A model generated the notes under the pieces. That model ran no database searches. It was not told the origin of the DNA and saw only the letters and a list, made by a program, of their open reading frames with translations. Below, one piece after another: positions 1-10,158 of a DNA stretch of 56,113 nt. A program made the translations under genes and the position numbers. The stretch is from contig CAJXSQ010000001.1 of assembly GCA_913061215.1 (NCBI GenBank), forward strand, positions 1 through 56,113, in the 5' to 3' direction. Source of the DNA: an uncultured Synechococcus sp. (GTDB lineage Bacteria > Cyanobacteriota > Cyanobacteriia > PCC-6307 > Cyanobiaceae). Each line of letters begins with the position of its first letter. Positions within the stretch are counted from its first letter, which is position 1.

Positions 1-378
1 CGCAACCAGGTGATTGACCACGACCTGTCGCTCGACCAGGAGCGCCCCGACCCCGTCACCGGGGGTGGCGGTACGGACACCCAACTGGGCAACGACTGGC
101 TGAATCTGCTGGATACCAACGGCGATGGTGTGTTCAACAGCCGTGATCTACTGATCGATCCCGACCGCTTCACGCTGCTGCGCCAGGCGGAGCTGAGCCC
201 CGGAACCCTTGACGCCATCGCCGAGCAAAACAACCCGATCGGCGATCTGCCAGACATCCTTCTCTCCCCCGGCTCAGGCTTCAACCAGCAGGAGTTGGTG
301 AACATCTTCAACATGGATGTGATCAATCCTCCCTCCGGCCTGCAACCCGATCCCAACCTCGGCGGCATGGGCCTCTGA
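1..378 (+). CDS. 3' end of an acidic, Asp/Gly/Asn-rich protein with an EF-hand/dockerin-like Ca-binding loop (5'-truncated by the window)
   Basis: Frame is open from base 1 to TGA at 378; contains DTNGDGVFNSRD; followed by a terminator-like hairpin. Confidence 0.6.
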   Translation, partial: RNQVIDHDLSLDQERPDPVTGGGGTDTQLGNDWLNLLDTNGDGVFNSRDLLIDPDRFTLLRQAELSPGTLDAIAEQNNPIGDLPDILLSPGSGFNQQELVNIFNMDVINPPSGLQPDPNLGGMGL

Positions 379-404
379 TCGCTGCTGGTGCTTCGCAACG
401 AATC

Positions 405-430
405 AGGCTCCGCCCACGGCGGGGCCTTTC
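405..430 (+). terminator. Putative intrinsic terminator
   Basis: aggctccgcc-cac-ggcggggcct stem (one G-U pair) followed by a short T run, about 27 nt after the stop at 378. Confidence 0.55.
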
Positions 431-491
431 GGGCTGCTTGCTGAAAGCCTGGTTAGGCTGAAACCCACTGCACTGCAACCGCCCCAACGCC

Positions 492-746
492 ATGCTTCAG
501 CGTCTGGTGAACAGAATCGCCCTTCCCATCGCCGCAGCAAGCACTTGCCTGGCCCTGGCCGCTCCAGCCCACGCCCAGCGGGTGGTGCCCAAGATCGGCA
601 ACATCTGCCCTCTGGGCTATGTGGACACCTTCAACGGCAAATGCTCCACGCTGGGGTTGATGAACTACACGCTGCAACCCACCAACGGCCAGGCCTGCCC
701 TTCCGGCTGGATGAACGTGGGCGGCGGCTACTGCCGCGAGAAATGA
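492..746 (+). CDS. Small secreted Cys-rich protein with two CPxG[YW]...GxC repeats
   Basis: Signal peptide ending AHA-Q; motifs CPLGYVDTFNGKC and CPSGWMNVGGGYC; TAGGCT -10-like box at 454-459. Confidence 0.75.
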   Translation: MLQRLVNRIALPIAAASTCLALAAPAHAQRVVPKIGNICPLGYVDTFNGKCSTLGLMNYTLQPTNGQACPSGWMNVGGGYCREK

Positions 747-1201
747 CGCGAAACATGCGCCGTGCAGACCGGCCGGAGCTCACGCTCCTCTACGACGGCG
801 GCTGCCCGCTCTGCCTGCGGGAGGTGGCCTTCCTGCGCCGGCGCGACCAAAGCCGCAACCCGCAGCAGCCACGCCTGGCCTTCGTGGATATCGATGCGGC
901 TGACTACGACGCGGCCAGCCATGGCGGCATCAGCTACCGCGAGGCCATGGGCCGCATCCATGCGATCCAGGCCGATGGCAGCGTGCTGCGCGACGTGGCC
1001 GTGTTCCGCAGCGCCTATGAGCTGATCGGGCTGGGCTGGCTCTATGCACCCACCGCCTGGCCCGTGATCGGCCCGATCGCGGATGGCCTCTACGGCGTCT
1101 GGGCCCGCTGGCGGCTGCCGCTCACGCGGCGCCCGGATCTGGACCAACTCTGCAGCTGCCGCTCAGATCGCCGCTCAGAACACGCGACGCATCATGCGTG
1201 A
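743..1201 (+). CDS. DCC1-like (DUF393) thiol-disulfide oxidoreductase family protein
   Basis: LLYDGGCPLC motif plus FVDI...AMGRIHAI; ATG at 743 overlaps the upstream TGA (ATGA). Confidence 0.85.
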   Translation: MTRNMRRADRPELTLLYDGGCPLCLREVAFLRRRDQSRNPQQPRLAFVDIDAADYDAASHGGISYREAMGRIHAIQADGSVLRDVAVFRSAYELIGLGWLYAPTAWPVIGPIADGLYGVWARWRLPLTRRPDLDQLCSCRSDRRSEHATHHA

Positions 1202-1618
1202 GGCCACGCGCGTGTCCATCAGCAGCAGCATCAGTCCCAGGATCAACGCCAGCATCGCCAGCACGAACAGCGGCACCACGATCGCCGCGAGATCAAGCAC
1301 GGCAATGGCGCTGATGAACGTCACCGCCACCACCAGCGCCACCAGCACCCCGGTGACGGTGACGCTCTCGATCGCCCGTGACAGCAGGCCCATGCGGCGG
1401 CGGAGCAGCAGCAGCTCCTGAGCATCGCTGGCCGGATCGCTGAGGCTGCGGGCCCGATCGAGCACCCGGGCCAGGCGGTTGCTGATCACCCCCAGCAGCC
1501 CGGCGATCGCCGTGAGCAGAAACACCGGTGCCACCGAGAGCTGGATCGCCCGGGCGAGGCCATGCACGGGTGCATCTGGATCAGGAGCAGTGATCAGAGC
1601 AGCGAACAGGTTGGTCAA
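1175..1618 (-). CDS. DUF2721-like membrane protein
   Basis: AIQLSVAPVFLLTAIAGLLGVISNRLARVLDRAR signature and three hydrophobic segments; TTG start at 1618 is a guess. Confidence 0.75.
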   Translation of the reverse strand: MTNLFAALITAPDPDAPVHGLARAIQLSVAPVFLLTAIAGLLGVISNRLARVLDRARSLSDPASDAQELLLLRRRMGLLSRAIESVTVTGVLVALVVAVTFISAIAVLDLAAIVVPLFVLAMLALILGLMLLLMDTRVASRMMRRVF

Positions 1619-1704
1619 TGGTGCAGGAGGCGAAGCGATCCGAAGACACCACTGAAGCGGTGCCGGCCGGAACTGCCAAGCTGCGGCCAGCCACACCGGA
1701 CAGC

Positions 1705-2106
1705 GTGACCGTCATCGACAGCAGCTATCAAGGGCAGCTGCGCTGCCAGGCCAGTCACGGCCCCTCCGGCAGCGTGCTCGAAACGGATGCCCCCACCGAC
1801 AACCAGGGGCAGGGCGCACGCTTTTCGCCCACCGATCTGGTGGCAACCGCGCTGAGCACCTGCATCCTCACGATCATGGGGATCGTGGCCGAACGGCACG
1901 GCTGGCCGCTGCAGGGCTGCCAGGCCCGGGTGGAGAAAACGATGAGCAGCGAGCCACCACGCCGGATCGCGCAGCTCACGGTGTGGATCACCCTGCCGGA
2001 AGGCCTCGAGGAACGGCAGCGGCGGGTGCTGCAGCGGGCAGCGGAGCAGTGCCCGGTGAAGCTGAGCCTCGAGGGAAGCGTGCCGATCACCCTGCACTGG
2101 ACCTGA
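1705..2106 (+). CDS. OsmC/Ohr family protein
   Basis: ETDAPTDNQG-FSPTDL..ALSTC and EQCPVKLSL two-Cys pattern; GTG 1705 preferred over ATG 1618. Confidence 0.85.
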   Translation: MTVIDSSYQGQLRCQASHGPSGSVLETDAPTDNQGQGARFSPTDLVATALSTCILTIMGIVAERHGWPLQGCQARVEKTMSSEPPRRIAQLTVWITLPEGLEERQRRVLQRAAEQCPVKLSLEGSVPITLHWT

Positions 2107-3644
2107 TGACAGCCAACAGCCACAACGCCTGGAGCCGGCTGCGCCAGCACCTGCACACCACCCAGTTGCTGGGAGGCATCCACAGCACCCTCTATTTCGA
2201 TCAGAACACCGTGATGCCCGCGGCGGCAGCCGGTTGGCGCGGGGAGCAGCTGGCCCTGCTGGCCCAGCAGCTGCACGAGCGGCAGACCAGCCCGGCCTAC
2301 CAGGACCTCCTGGCGGAGGCGGAAGCCGAGCTCCCGCCCGAGGCACCAGCGGAGCAGCGCCACAACCTTGCGCTGCTGCAGCGGGAGCTCAACCGGCAGG
2401 TGCGCCTGGATCCAGCCCTGGTGGGCGCCCTGGCCCAGGCGCAGGCCGATGGGTACAGCCGCTGGCAGGACGCGAAGCAGCGCAGCGATTTCTCGCTGTT
2501 CGCCCCCGCGCTGGAACACCTGATCGCGCTGCGCCGGGAGCAGGCGGCTCAGCTGGCACCGGTGGAACACCACGCCGACGGCAGCGCACGCAGCACCTGG
2601 GAAATCCTTGCCCAGCCCTTTGAGCCAGACATCAGCAAAGAGCAGCTGAACAGCTGGCTGCTGCCCCTCGCTGAGATCCTGCCGCCGCTGCTCGAGCGGG
2701 CCCGCAGCCTGCCGGCCGGCAGCCGCGACGCCTGGGATCTGCCGGAGCACCAGCAGGACAGCCTCTGCGCCGAGCTGCTCGAGGGCTGGGGCTACAACCC
2801 GGAGCGCTGTGTGCGGGCCCGCTCGCCCCATCCCTTCTCCAGCACCCTCGGGCCCAACGACTTCCGCATCACCACCCGCGTGGTGCCGGGCCAACCGTTC
2901 TCAGCCTTCCTGGCCACAGCCCACGAATGGGGCCACAGCCTGTATGAGCAGGGGCTGCCCCGCAGCGGCGAGCACTGGTTCCCCTGGCCCCTGGGCGAGG
3001 CCACCTCGATGGCCGTGCATGAAAGCCAGAGCCTGTTCTACGAGAACCGCCTGGGGCGCAGCCTCGCCCTGGCCCGCCGCTGGCATCCCCGCTTCTGCGA
3101 TGCCCTGGGCCGCGATGTGTGGGGCGATGCCGCCGCCTTCTGGCGCGACCTCAACCCGATCCGCCCGGGCTTCACCCGGGTGGAGGCCGATGAGGTGAGC
3201 TACGGGCTGCACGTGCTGCTGCGCTACGAGCTCGAGCTGGCTCTGGTGGAAGGCGAGATGCCGGTGAACGAGCTGCCGCAGGCCTGGAATGCCGGCATGC
3301 AGCGCCTGCTGGGGCTCACCCCCGCCAACGATGCGCAGGGTTGCCTGCAGGATGTGCACTGGAGCGAAGGCCTGTTCGGCTACTTCCCCTCCTATGCGCT
3401 GGGCCATCTGATCAGCGCCCAGCTGAGTGAAGCGATGGAAGCCGAGCTCGGCCCGATCGAAACCCTCCTGGAAGCCGGAGAGGATCAACGGCTGGGCCAC
3501 TGGCTCCAGCGCAACGTGCATGGGCTGGGCCGCAGTGTGAACGGCGCCGAACTGGTGGAGCGGGTCACAGGCCAGGCACTGAGCCACGCCGCCTTCGGCC
3601 GCTACCTGCACAGCAAGCTCGAGCGCCTGGCGCAGGGCGGCTGA
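2106..3644 (+). CDS. Carboxypeptidase M32 (Taq-type)
   Basis: HEWGH zinc motif, HESQS, GCLQDVHWSEGLFGYFPSYALG; TGATG coupling to osmC. Confidence 0.93.
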   Translation: MTANSHNAWSRLRQHLHTTQLLGGIHSTLYFDQNTVMPAAAAGWRGEQLALLAQQLHERQTSPAYQDLLAEAEAELPPEAPAEQRHNLALLQRELNRQVRLDPALVGALAQAQADGYSRWQDAKQRSDFSLFAPALEHLIALRREQAAQLAPVEHHADGSARSTWEILAQPFEPDISKEQLNSWLLPLAEILPPLLERARSLPAGSRDAWDLPEHQQDSLCAELLEGWGYNPERCVRARSPHPFSSTLGPNDFRITTRVVPGQPFSAFLATAHEWGHSLYEQGLPRSGEHWFPWPLGEATSMAVHESQSLFYENRLGRSLALARRWHPRFCDALGRDVWGDAAAFWRDLNPIRPGFTRVEADEVSYGLHVLLRYELELALVEGEMPVNELPQAWNAGMQRLLGLTPANDAQGCLQDVHWSEGLFGYFPSYALGHLISAQLSEAMEAELGPIETLLEAGEDQRLGHWLQRNVHGLGRSVNGAELVERVTGQALSHAAFGRYLHSKLERLAQGG

Positions 3645-3696
3645 GCCTCCGGTGGGCCATCCGTAGGATGCCGCCCACATCCCTTGCCGCTGCCTG

Positions 3697-4284
3697 ATGG
3701 CGAACATCGACCACGCCCCGAGCCGCACGATGCTCAACCTGCTGCACGTGCTGCCCGCCTTCGCCGATGAAGCCGAGCTGCGGCTGAACACGATCGTGGA
3801 GCTCAACAGCAACACGATCAACAAATACGAGCTGATCACCGAAACCGGGCACCTCAAGCTCGATCGCGTGGGCTATTCCTCCCTGGCCTATCCCTTCGCC
3901 TACGGCTGCATCCCCCGCACCTGGGATGAGGACGGCGACCCGCTCGACATCGAGATCGTGGGTGTGACCGAGCCCCTGGTGCCCGGCTCCCTGGTGGAGG
4001 CCCGCATCATCGGCATCATGAAGTTCGACGACGGCGGTGAAGTGGACGACAAGGTGATCGCCGTGCTGGCCGACGACAAGCGCATGGATCACATCACCAG
4101 CTACACCCAGCTGGGCGAGCACTGGCTGAAGGAAACCCAGTACTACTGGGAGCACTACAAGGATCTGAAGAAGCCCGGCACCTGCCGCGTGAACGGCTTC
4201 TTCGATGCGGCTGAGGCCGTGAAGATCATCAAGGAGTGCGAGGCGCGCTACATGGAGGTCATCGATCCCAAGCTGGTGAACTGA
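3697..4284 (+). CDS. ppa: Soluble inorganic pyrophosphatase (family I), copy 1
   Basis: NKYE, LDR, YPFAYG.IPRTWDEDGDPLD, DDKVIAV, YKDL motifs; TAGGAT at 3664-3669. Confidence 0.92.
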   Translation: MANIDHAPSRTMLNLLHVLPAFADEAELRLNTIVELNSNTINKYELITETGHLKLDRVGYSSLAYPFAYGCIPRTWDEDGDPLDIEIVGVTEPLVPGSLVEARIIGIMKFDDGGEVDDKVIAVLADDKRMDHITSYTQLGEHWLKETQYYWEHYKDLKKPGTCRVNGFFDAAEAVKIIKECEARYMEVIDPKLVN

Positions 4285-4293
4285 ACCTTCCGT

Positions 4294-6237
4294 TCAGAGG
4301 GCGGCCCGGGCCAACGCCCGGGCCATGCCATCGCGGCTGGCGAGCCCTTCCAAGGCCGCCAGCGGCAAGCCGCAGCCGGGAACACCCACCGGCAGCTTCG
4401 GCAGGGCCGGATCCGGCAGACGGAACACCGGCAGCTGCCGCAACCCATTGGGCTGCAGCTGATCCTCCAGCTGGGCGAGCGTTGCCGTGCTCGCCAGCCA
4501 GAGCAGATCAGCGCGGCGACACTCCCGCAACGGTTGATCCGGCCGGCCGGCTGAGATCGGCCGTTGCAGATCCTCAAGCGTCACCAGAGCCAGCACCCAG
4601 CCCTCTTCCGCCACCACCAGGCAGTGGCCGTGGGCGTTGAGCAGCTGCTGCAGGGCCTCCGCTGCCGGCGTGGCACCGGGCAACACCAGCGGTGATTCAG
4701 GCTCCAGCGCCTCGAGCACACCGATGGCTGCCAGGCGCTGACGCCGGCGTTCCTCGCCGGGGTCGGGACCGAGCAGGCCTGGATCGGCCATGCCCTGCCA
4801 GCGCTCCACCAGCACCGCGCTCAAACCAGCCGCCGCCATCAGGGGCAGCACGATGCGGATGTCGTGGGTGAGTTCGAACAGCAGCAGCAGCGCTGTGAGC
4901 GGTGCCCGGGCGCTGCCCGCGAGCACGGCCGCCATCCCCACCATCGCGTAGGCCGGCGGCTCGGCCACCGGCAGCTGCAGGCCAGCCTCCCCCAACAGCT
5001 GGCCGTACACATTGCCCAGCACGGCGCCAAGAAACAACGCCGGCGCAAAGCCCCCGCCCACGAAGCCGGTGGCACTGCTGAGGCCGGTGGCCAGCAGCTT
5101 CACCAGCAGCAACCCCAGCAGGCTGGTGAGGGCAATGCCACCATCGCGGCCCAGCAGTGCACCGATCGTGTCGTAGCCCACCCCAAGCACCTGGGGGAAG
5201 GCCAGAGCCATCAGCCCCACAGCCAGGCCACCGAGGCCGGTGATCATCCAGCCCGGCAGGCGTTGCAGCCGCTCCTGCACCTGGGGGCTACGGCCAAAGG
5301 CCAGCAGATTGAGCAGCGCCAGCGACATACCGCTGGCCACCAGGCCCAGGCCCAGGTAGAGCGGCAGCTCCAGCGGCGAGCGCACCTCATAGGCGGGCAG
5401 GCGGAAGATCGGCTGATCGCCGAGGGAGAGCTGCGTCACCAGCAGAGAAGCCACCGCCGCCACGAGCACCGCCCGCACGCTCGGCCGGCCCGGGATGGTG
5501 CTGTAGCTGCCCTCAAAGGCAAAGAACAGCCCGGCGATCGGCGCCTTGAAGCCGGCCGCCAGACCCGCCGCCACACCGGCCGCCACCATCGCCTTCTGGG
5601 AATCGGGGGAGAGTCCGCCCTTGCCGGCCACCCACAGGCCGATGTTGCCGCCGCTCTCCACACTCGGCCCCTCCGGCCCGAGCGACGCACCGCTGCCCAG
5701 GCTCAACGAAGCCGCCAGCAGGCGCACAAACGGCAGACGGGCAGCCGCCTGCACGCTGCCATCAGCCATCGCCATCAGGCTGGGCAGGCTCGGGCCCAGA
5801 TCACGGCACCACTGGCGCAATGCCCCCACCGCCAGCCCACCCAGCAACGGCACGAGCACCACCGGCCAGGACGACAGCCACAGCGGCAGGGGATCGCCGG
5901 GCAGGGGGATCGGCTCCGGCGGCGGCGGCGGCGCGGGCAGAAAGGCAAGACCGCCCAGGCCGATCTGCAGCAGCGCACCCAGCGGCGTGCCCGCGGCTGG
6001 TTCGGGCTCCGGCACAGGCAGCGGCGCCTCGCCGCCGGCGAACAGGCCGATCAGCCCCTCCACCACCGGGCCGTAGAGGAAGTTGTTGATGAAGCCCAGC
6101 AGAAAGTGGAAACCCACCACCGCCAGGCCGGTGAGCACCCCAACCAGGGCTGCCCAGGCCAGCAGGCTCCATTGGAACGGCAGCGCCCGGGGCTCAGCTG
6201 CCGGGGATGCCTCAGGCCTCGGGCCGGACGCTGGCAA
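4294..6237 (-). CDS. ClC-family anion channel/transporter with C-terminal CBS-like region
   Basis: [44 protein letters not shown] motifs. Confidence 0.9.
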   Translation of the reverse strand: MPASGPRPEASPAAEPRALPFQWSLLAWAALVGVLTGLAVVGFHFLLGFINNFLYGPVVEGLIGLFAGGEAPLPVPEPEPAAGTPLGALLQIGLGGLAFLPAPPPPPEPIPLPGDPLPLWLSSWPVVLVPLLGGLAVGALRQWCRDLGPSLPSLMAMADGSVQAAARLPFVRLLAASLSLGSGASLGPEGPSVESGGNIGLWVAGKGGLSPDSQKAMVAAGVAAGLAAGFKAPIAGLFFAFEGSYSTIPGRPSVRAVLVAAVASLLVTQLSLGDQPIFRLPAYEVRSPLELPLYLGLGLVASGMSLALLNLLAFGRSPQVQERLQRLPGWMITGLGGLAVGLMALAFPQVLGVGYDTIGALLGRDGGIALTSLLGLLLVKLLATGLSSATGFVGGGFAPALFLGAVLGNVYGQLLGEAGLQLPVAEPPAYAMVGMAAVLAGSARAPLTALLLLFELTHDIRIVLPLMAAAGLSAVLVERWQGMADPGLLGPDPGEERRRQRLAAIGVLEALEPESPLVLPGATPAAEALQQLLNAHGHCLVVAEEGWVLALVTLEDLQRPISAGRPDQPLRECRRADLLWLASTATLAQLEDQLQPNGLRQLPVFRLPDPALPKLPVGVPGCGLPLAALEGLASRDGMARALARAAL

Positions 6238-7177
6238 AGATCTCCTCCAGGATCTCCCCGGCCCCCTGCTGCTTCAGGGTGTGGGCCAGGGCGATCCCGA
6301 TCGCTTCCGGATCGTTCTGGGGGCCGCGGGCCTCATCGCGGATCAGGCGCTGGCCATCGAGGCTGGCCACCATGCCGGTGAGCACCAGCTCAGCCGCATC
6401 GCCCTCACCCTCAAAGCGGGTGTTCACACCGATCGGCACCTGGCAGCCGCCCTCGAGCTCACGCAGGAAGGCCCGCTCCGCCAGGCAGCGGCGGGCGGTG
6501 GGGGTGTGCTCGAGCACCTTGATCTGCTCGAGCACCACGGCATCGCCATCGCGGCATTCGATGCCGAGGGCACCCTGCCCCACGGCGTGCAGGGAGATCG
6601 AGGGATCGATCAGCTCGTGGATGCGATCGCCCAGGCCCAGGCGGCCCAGGCCGGCGGCCGCGAGGATCAGGCAGTCGAACTCGCCCGAATCGAGCTTCTC
6701 CAGGCGGGTGATCACGTTGCCGCGCACATCCTTGAAGGTGAGGTGCGGGAAGTGATGGCGCAGCTGGGCCAGACGCCGCAGCGAGCTGGTGCCCACCACC
6801 GAACCCTCCGGCAGGGTGGCGAGGGTCTTGTCCTTGTGCTTCTCGTGCACCACCAGGGCATCGGCGGGATCCTCGCGCTCGGTGATGCAGCCGAGCATCA
6901 GGCCCTCGGGCAGGTTGGTGGGCAGATCCTTGAGGCTGTGGACGGCGATATCAGCCCGGTCCACCAGCATCTGGGCCTCGAGCTCCTTGGTGAACAGACC
7001 CTTATCGCCGATCTTGGCCAGGGCCACATCGAGGATCTTGTCGCCCTGGGTGGCCATCGCCTCGATGCTGATCTCCAGGCCGGGGTGGGCCTTGGCCAGC
7101 TCATCACGCACCCAGTGGGTCTGCACCATGGCCAGCTGGCTGCGGCGGGAGGCAATGCGCAGTTGGGAAGCGGCCAT
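6212..7177 (-). CDS. hemC: Hydroxymethylbilane synthase (porphobilinogen deaminase)
   Basis: [47 protein letters not shown]. Confidence 0.97.
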   Translation of the reverse strand: MAASQLRIASRRSQLAMVQTHWVRDELAKAHPGLEISIEAMATQGDKILDVALAKIGDKGLFTKELEAQMLVDRADIAVHSLKDLPTNLPEGLMLGCITEREDPADALVVHEKHKDKTLATLPEGSVVGTSSLRRLAQLRHHFPHLTFKDVRGNVITRLEKLDSGEFDCLILAAAGLGRLGLGDRIHELIDPSISLHAVGQGALGIECRDGDAVVLEQIKVLEHTPTARRCLAERAFLRELEGGCQVPIGVNTRFEGEGDAAELVLTGMVASLDGQRLIRDEARGPQNDPEAIGIALAHTLKQQGAGEILEEIFASVRPEA

Positions 7178-7305
7178 CGGATGCGTGGGGAGGCAGCACG
7201 GGGCCGCCGAAGTACAGCCGCCAAGCCTAGAGATCGGTGCGCCCGCCGGGCAGGCGGCGGTGCAAGTCGTGATCAGTCGTCGCGATCAGCGCAACCGCGC
7301 TGGGC

Positions 7306-7713
7306 TCAGAGGCTGAACAGGTTCAGCGGCAGGGGGCCCCAGGTGTCTTCAGCGGCGGGATCCACCGGGCTGTGGCCGGTGATCAGCAGGCCTTCACCCA
7401 GACCGCTCTCGCGGCGCACCAGAAAGCGACCACTGTTCTGGTTGCCCTTGAGAAACACCGGGCCCTCGATGCTGGCGAGGGCTTCACCGGCGGGGTCCAG
7501 CTCCAGCGCCTCCCACTGCAGGGCCGCTTCCGCTGCCCGCAACGCCTCCACCGCAGCAGCAGCGGACGCTGCCATCACACCGATGGTGAACCACTCGCAC
7601 CGCTGCAGCTGCGTGAGCAGCTCAGCGCGCAACGCAGCGGCCTGATCCGGCGTGAGCGTGGGGGCCGAGCGCAGACCGCGCAGGTCGGCCAGCACAGGCG
7701 CAGCATCAGCCAT
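7306..7713 (-). CDS. DUF1824-like conserved cyanobacterial protein
   Basis: WFTIGVMA, GPVFLKGNQ, GLLITGH, TWGPLPL motifs. Confidence 0.75.
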   Translation of the reverse strand: MADAAPVLADLRGLRSAPTLTPDQAAALRAELLTQLQRCEWFTIGVMAASAAAAVEALRAAEAALQWEALELDPAGEALASIEGPVFLKGNQNSGRFLVRRESGLGEGLLITGHSPVDPAAEDTWGPLPLNLFSL

Positions 7714-8392
7714 GGGAGCGGGAAAGCGAGGAGGAACGGCAACGCTGCTCCCAGACGGTGAAGCCCGCCAGGCAGAAGCTCAGCCACACATAACCCACAG
7801 CGGCACCGGCGGCGATGTCGCTCAGCCAGTGGGCGCGGCAGTAGAGCGTGCTCAGCCACACCAGGGCCACCCACACGCTGGACACCAGGAACAGGGGCCG
7901 GCGCAGGTTTGGGTAGTGGGCCGAGAGCAGGCAGCAGGTGAGGAAATAGAACACCACCGAACCGGCGGCATGGCCGCTGGGAAAACTGCGGCCGCTGATG
8001 TCCTCCAGCAAGCGACCGCTGGGACGGCGGCGATCAAACAGCGGCTTGAGCCAGCGATCAACGATCATCAGAATGCCGCCGGTGCCCACCATCAGGCAGA
8101 GCAGTTCAGGCCAGAACCGCTTCAGCGCCAGAAAGATCAGCACCGCCAGCACCAGCACGGCCGTGAGGTGCACCCCACTCATCTGATACACCCGCAGCAG
8201 CAGCTGGCCAAGCGGCTCCGGGATCAGACGATGCACGGCATCGAGCACCGCCAGATCAAAACCGGGCCGCTTTTCAGCCGCCAGGCGCGGACCGCCCCAG
8301 GCCAGCAGTGCAGCCGTGAGCAGAGCAAAGCCCAGCCGCCAACGGCCCAGGGCACGCAACCAGTCGATCAGCCACCCCTGCGCAGCCCGCAT
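7706..8392 (-). CDS. PAP2-family membrane phosphatase
   Basis: KPLFDRRRP (C1), SFPSGH (C2), STLYCRAHWLSD (variant C3); multiple TM segments. Confidence 0.88.
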   Translation of the reverse strand: MRAAQGWLIDWLRALGRWRLGFALLTAALLAWGGPRLAAEKRPGFDLAVLDAVHRLIPEPLGQLLLRVYQMSGVHLTAVLVLAVLIFLALKRFWPELLCLMVGTGGILMIVDRWLKPLFDRRRPSGRLLEDISGRSFPSGHAAGSVVFYFLTCCLLSAHYPNLRRPLFLVSSVWVALVWLSTLYCRAHWLSDIAAGAAVGYVWLSFCLAGFTVWEQRCRSSSLSRSHG

Positions 8393-10149
8393 CAGTTGGC
8401 TCCCAGCTGCTCCAGGCGGCCCGCCGGCAAACGCAGCAGGCGATGGGCATCGCGGCGCCCCAGCGGTGTGCCGTCCCCCGGGCCAATGCCGAAATCCAGC
8501 AGCTCGGCATCACTGCCGAGCAGCAGCACGCTGGCGGGTTCTCCTGCCGCCTCGGCAACCGCCCGCCGCGCCCGCTTGGGTGAGCTCACGAACAACACCG
8601 GCCGGCCGCTGTAAAACACCACGCTGTAGCGCTTGTAGCCGGCCACCAGCAGCGGCTCATCGGGACGGGCCCGCTCGGCCGCCAGGCGCGCCAACTCCCG
8701 GATCGGCAGCTGACGCTCGCGGTCGATCAAGGGCACCAACACCGGCAGCACAAGAGCCAGGGCTGCCGTGAGCCCGGCAGCATTCGGAAGCCACAACCAG
8801 GGCAGACCCTCAGCCGGGCGGCGCAGCAGCAGCGCCAGCAGGGCCAGGGCCGCCAGCAGCAGAGGAAGGGCGAGCAGCCACGGCAGACCGGAACGGCTGA
8901 TGGCGGCGGCGAAATCGGGATAGGAGGGGTCCTGATCCAGCCAGCGGGGAGCCAGCACCGCAGCAACAGCCATCAGCGCCAGCAGCACGGCGTTGAACCA
9001 TCCGGTGATGCGCAAGCCGGCACCGGGAGCCGGAGCCCCCTCCTCCAGCGGAGCGAACAACAAGGCCACCAGCAGCGCCCCGCCAGGCAGGGCGGGCAGG
9101 ATGTAGCCGGGCAGTTTGGTGGCCGCCGCCGAGAAGAACGCCACCATCAGCACCAGCCAGATCAGAGCCAGCAGCGGCAGGTCGCCGGGTGGGCTGCTCT
9201 GGCGCCACACCGCCGGCCGCCAGCAGCGCAGGCGCACGATGGCCACCGGCAGGAACAGCGACCAGGGCAGCAGCAGCACCACCACCCAGGGCAGATAGAA
9301 CCAGGGCGGGCCCGGGTGGTCGTAGATCACCGAGGTGAAGCGCTCCAGGTTGCTGAACCCGAGAAAGCGACCCAGGAACTCCATGCCATTGGCCTGGGTG
9401 GCCAGGCCGTACCAGGGTGCAGCCACCCCGAGAAAGAGCAGCACCAACGCCAGCCAGGGCGTGCTGCGCACTTGCTGCAGCAGCTGGCCCTTGAACAACC
9501 AGAACGCCAGGATCACCACACCCGGCAGCAGCAGGCCGATCGGCCCCTTGGCCAGCACCGCCACCCCGCAGAACACGGCCAGAACGATGAAACCGAGCGG
9601 CCGCATCCAGCCACGCTCCGGCCGCGCCGCGTGGGCCAGCACGAAGCCGAGCAGCGCCAGGGTGATGCCGCTGGCCAGGAACATGTCCGTCACCGAGGAG
9701 CGGCCCCAGCCGATCCAGCCCGGAGAAAGGGCCAGCACCGTGGCCGCGAGGGTGGCGCGACCGAAACGCCGGTGCGGCAGCTCAGCGGCCGGCGCCACCA
9801 GGGCCAGCACCCCGAACAGCGCGAACACCGTGCTGCAGGCGGCCAGTGCCGCCGGCAACCGGGCTGCCCACTCGCTCACGCCGAACAGGCGGAAGCTCAG
9901 GCCCACCATCCAGTAGCCCCAGACGGGGTAGTCGAAGAAGAGCTCCCCGTTCCAGCGGGGCGTCACCCAGTCGCCGCTCAGCAGCATCTGGCGCGGCACC
10001 TCCACGAACAGCCCCTCGGTCTTGTCCATCAGGCCGAGACCACCGAGCTGCTGGCCGTAGATCAGGGCGCAGAGCCCAGCGATGGCAGCCAGGGCCAGCA
10101 GCAGCGTGCGGCGAGCGTCCTGGTCGAGCCAGGCTTGAAAGCGTTGCAT
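8392..10149 (-). CDS. ArnT/PMT-like (GT-C fold) membrane glycosyltransferase
   Basis: SGDWVTPRWNG, FGVSEWAARLP, LAKGPIG, HPGPPWFY, TKLPGYILP; many TM segments. Confidence 0.88.
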   Translation of the reverse strand: MQRFQAWLDQDARRTLLLALAAIAGLCALIYGQQLGGLGLMDKTEGLFVEVPRQMLLSGDWVTPRWNGELFFDYPVWGYWMVGLSFRLFGVSEWAARLPAALAACSTVFALFGVLALVAPAAELPHRRFGRATLAATVLALSPGWIGWGRSSVTDMFLASGITLALLGFVLAHAARPERGWMRPLGFIVLAVFCGVAVLAKGPIGLLLPGVVILAFWLFKGQLLQQVRSTPWLALVLLFLGVAAPWYGLATQANGMEFLGRFLGFSNLERFTSVIYDHPGPPWFYLPWVVVLLLPWSLFLPVAIVRLRCWRPAVWRQSSPPGDLPLLALIWLVLMVAFFSAAATKLPGYILPALPGGALLVALLFAPLEEGAPAPGAGLRITGWFNAVLLALMAVAAVLAPRWLDQDPSYPDFAAAISRSGLPWLLALPLLLAALALLALLLRRPAEGLPWLWLPNAAGLTAALALVLPVLVPLIDRERQLPIRELARLAAERARPDEPLLVAGYKRYSVVFYSGRPVLFVSSPKRARRAVAEAAGEPASVLLLGSDAELLDFGIGPGDGTPLGRRDAHRLLRLPAGRLEQLGAN

Positions 10150-10158
10150 GGCGAAAAA

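Noticed and set aside
4282-4296. tgaac-cttcc-gttca inverted repeat
   Set aside because: Mostly formed by two convergent TGA stop codons; too short to call a site or terminator
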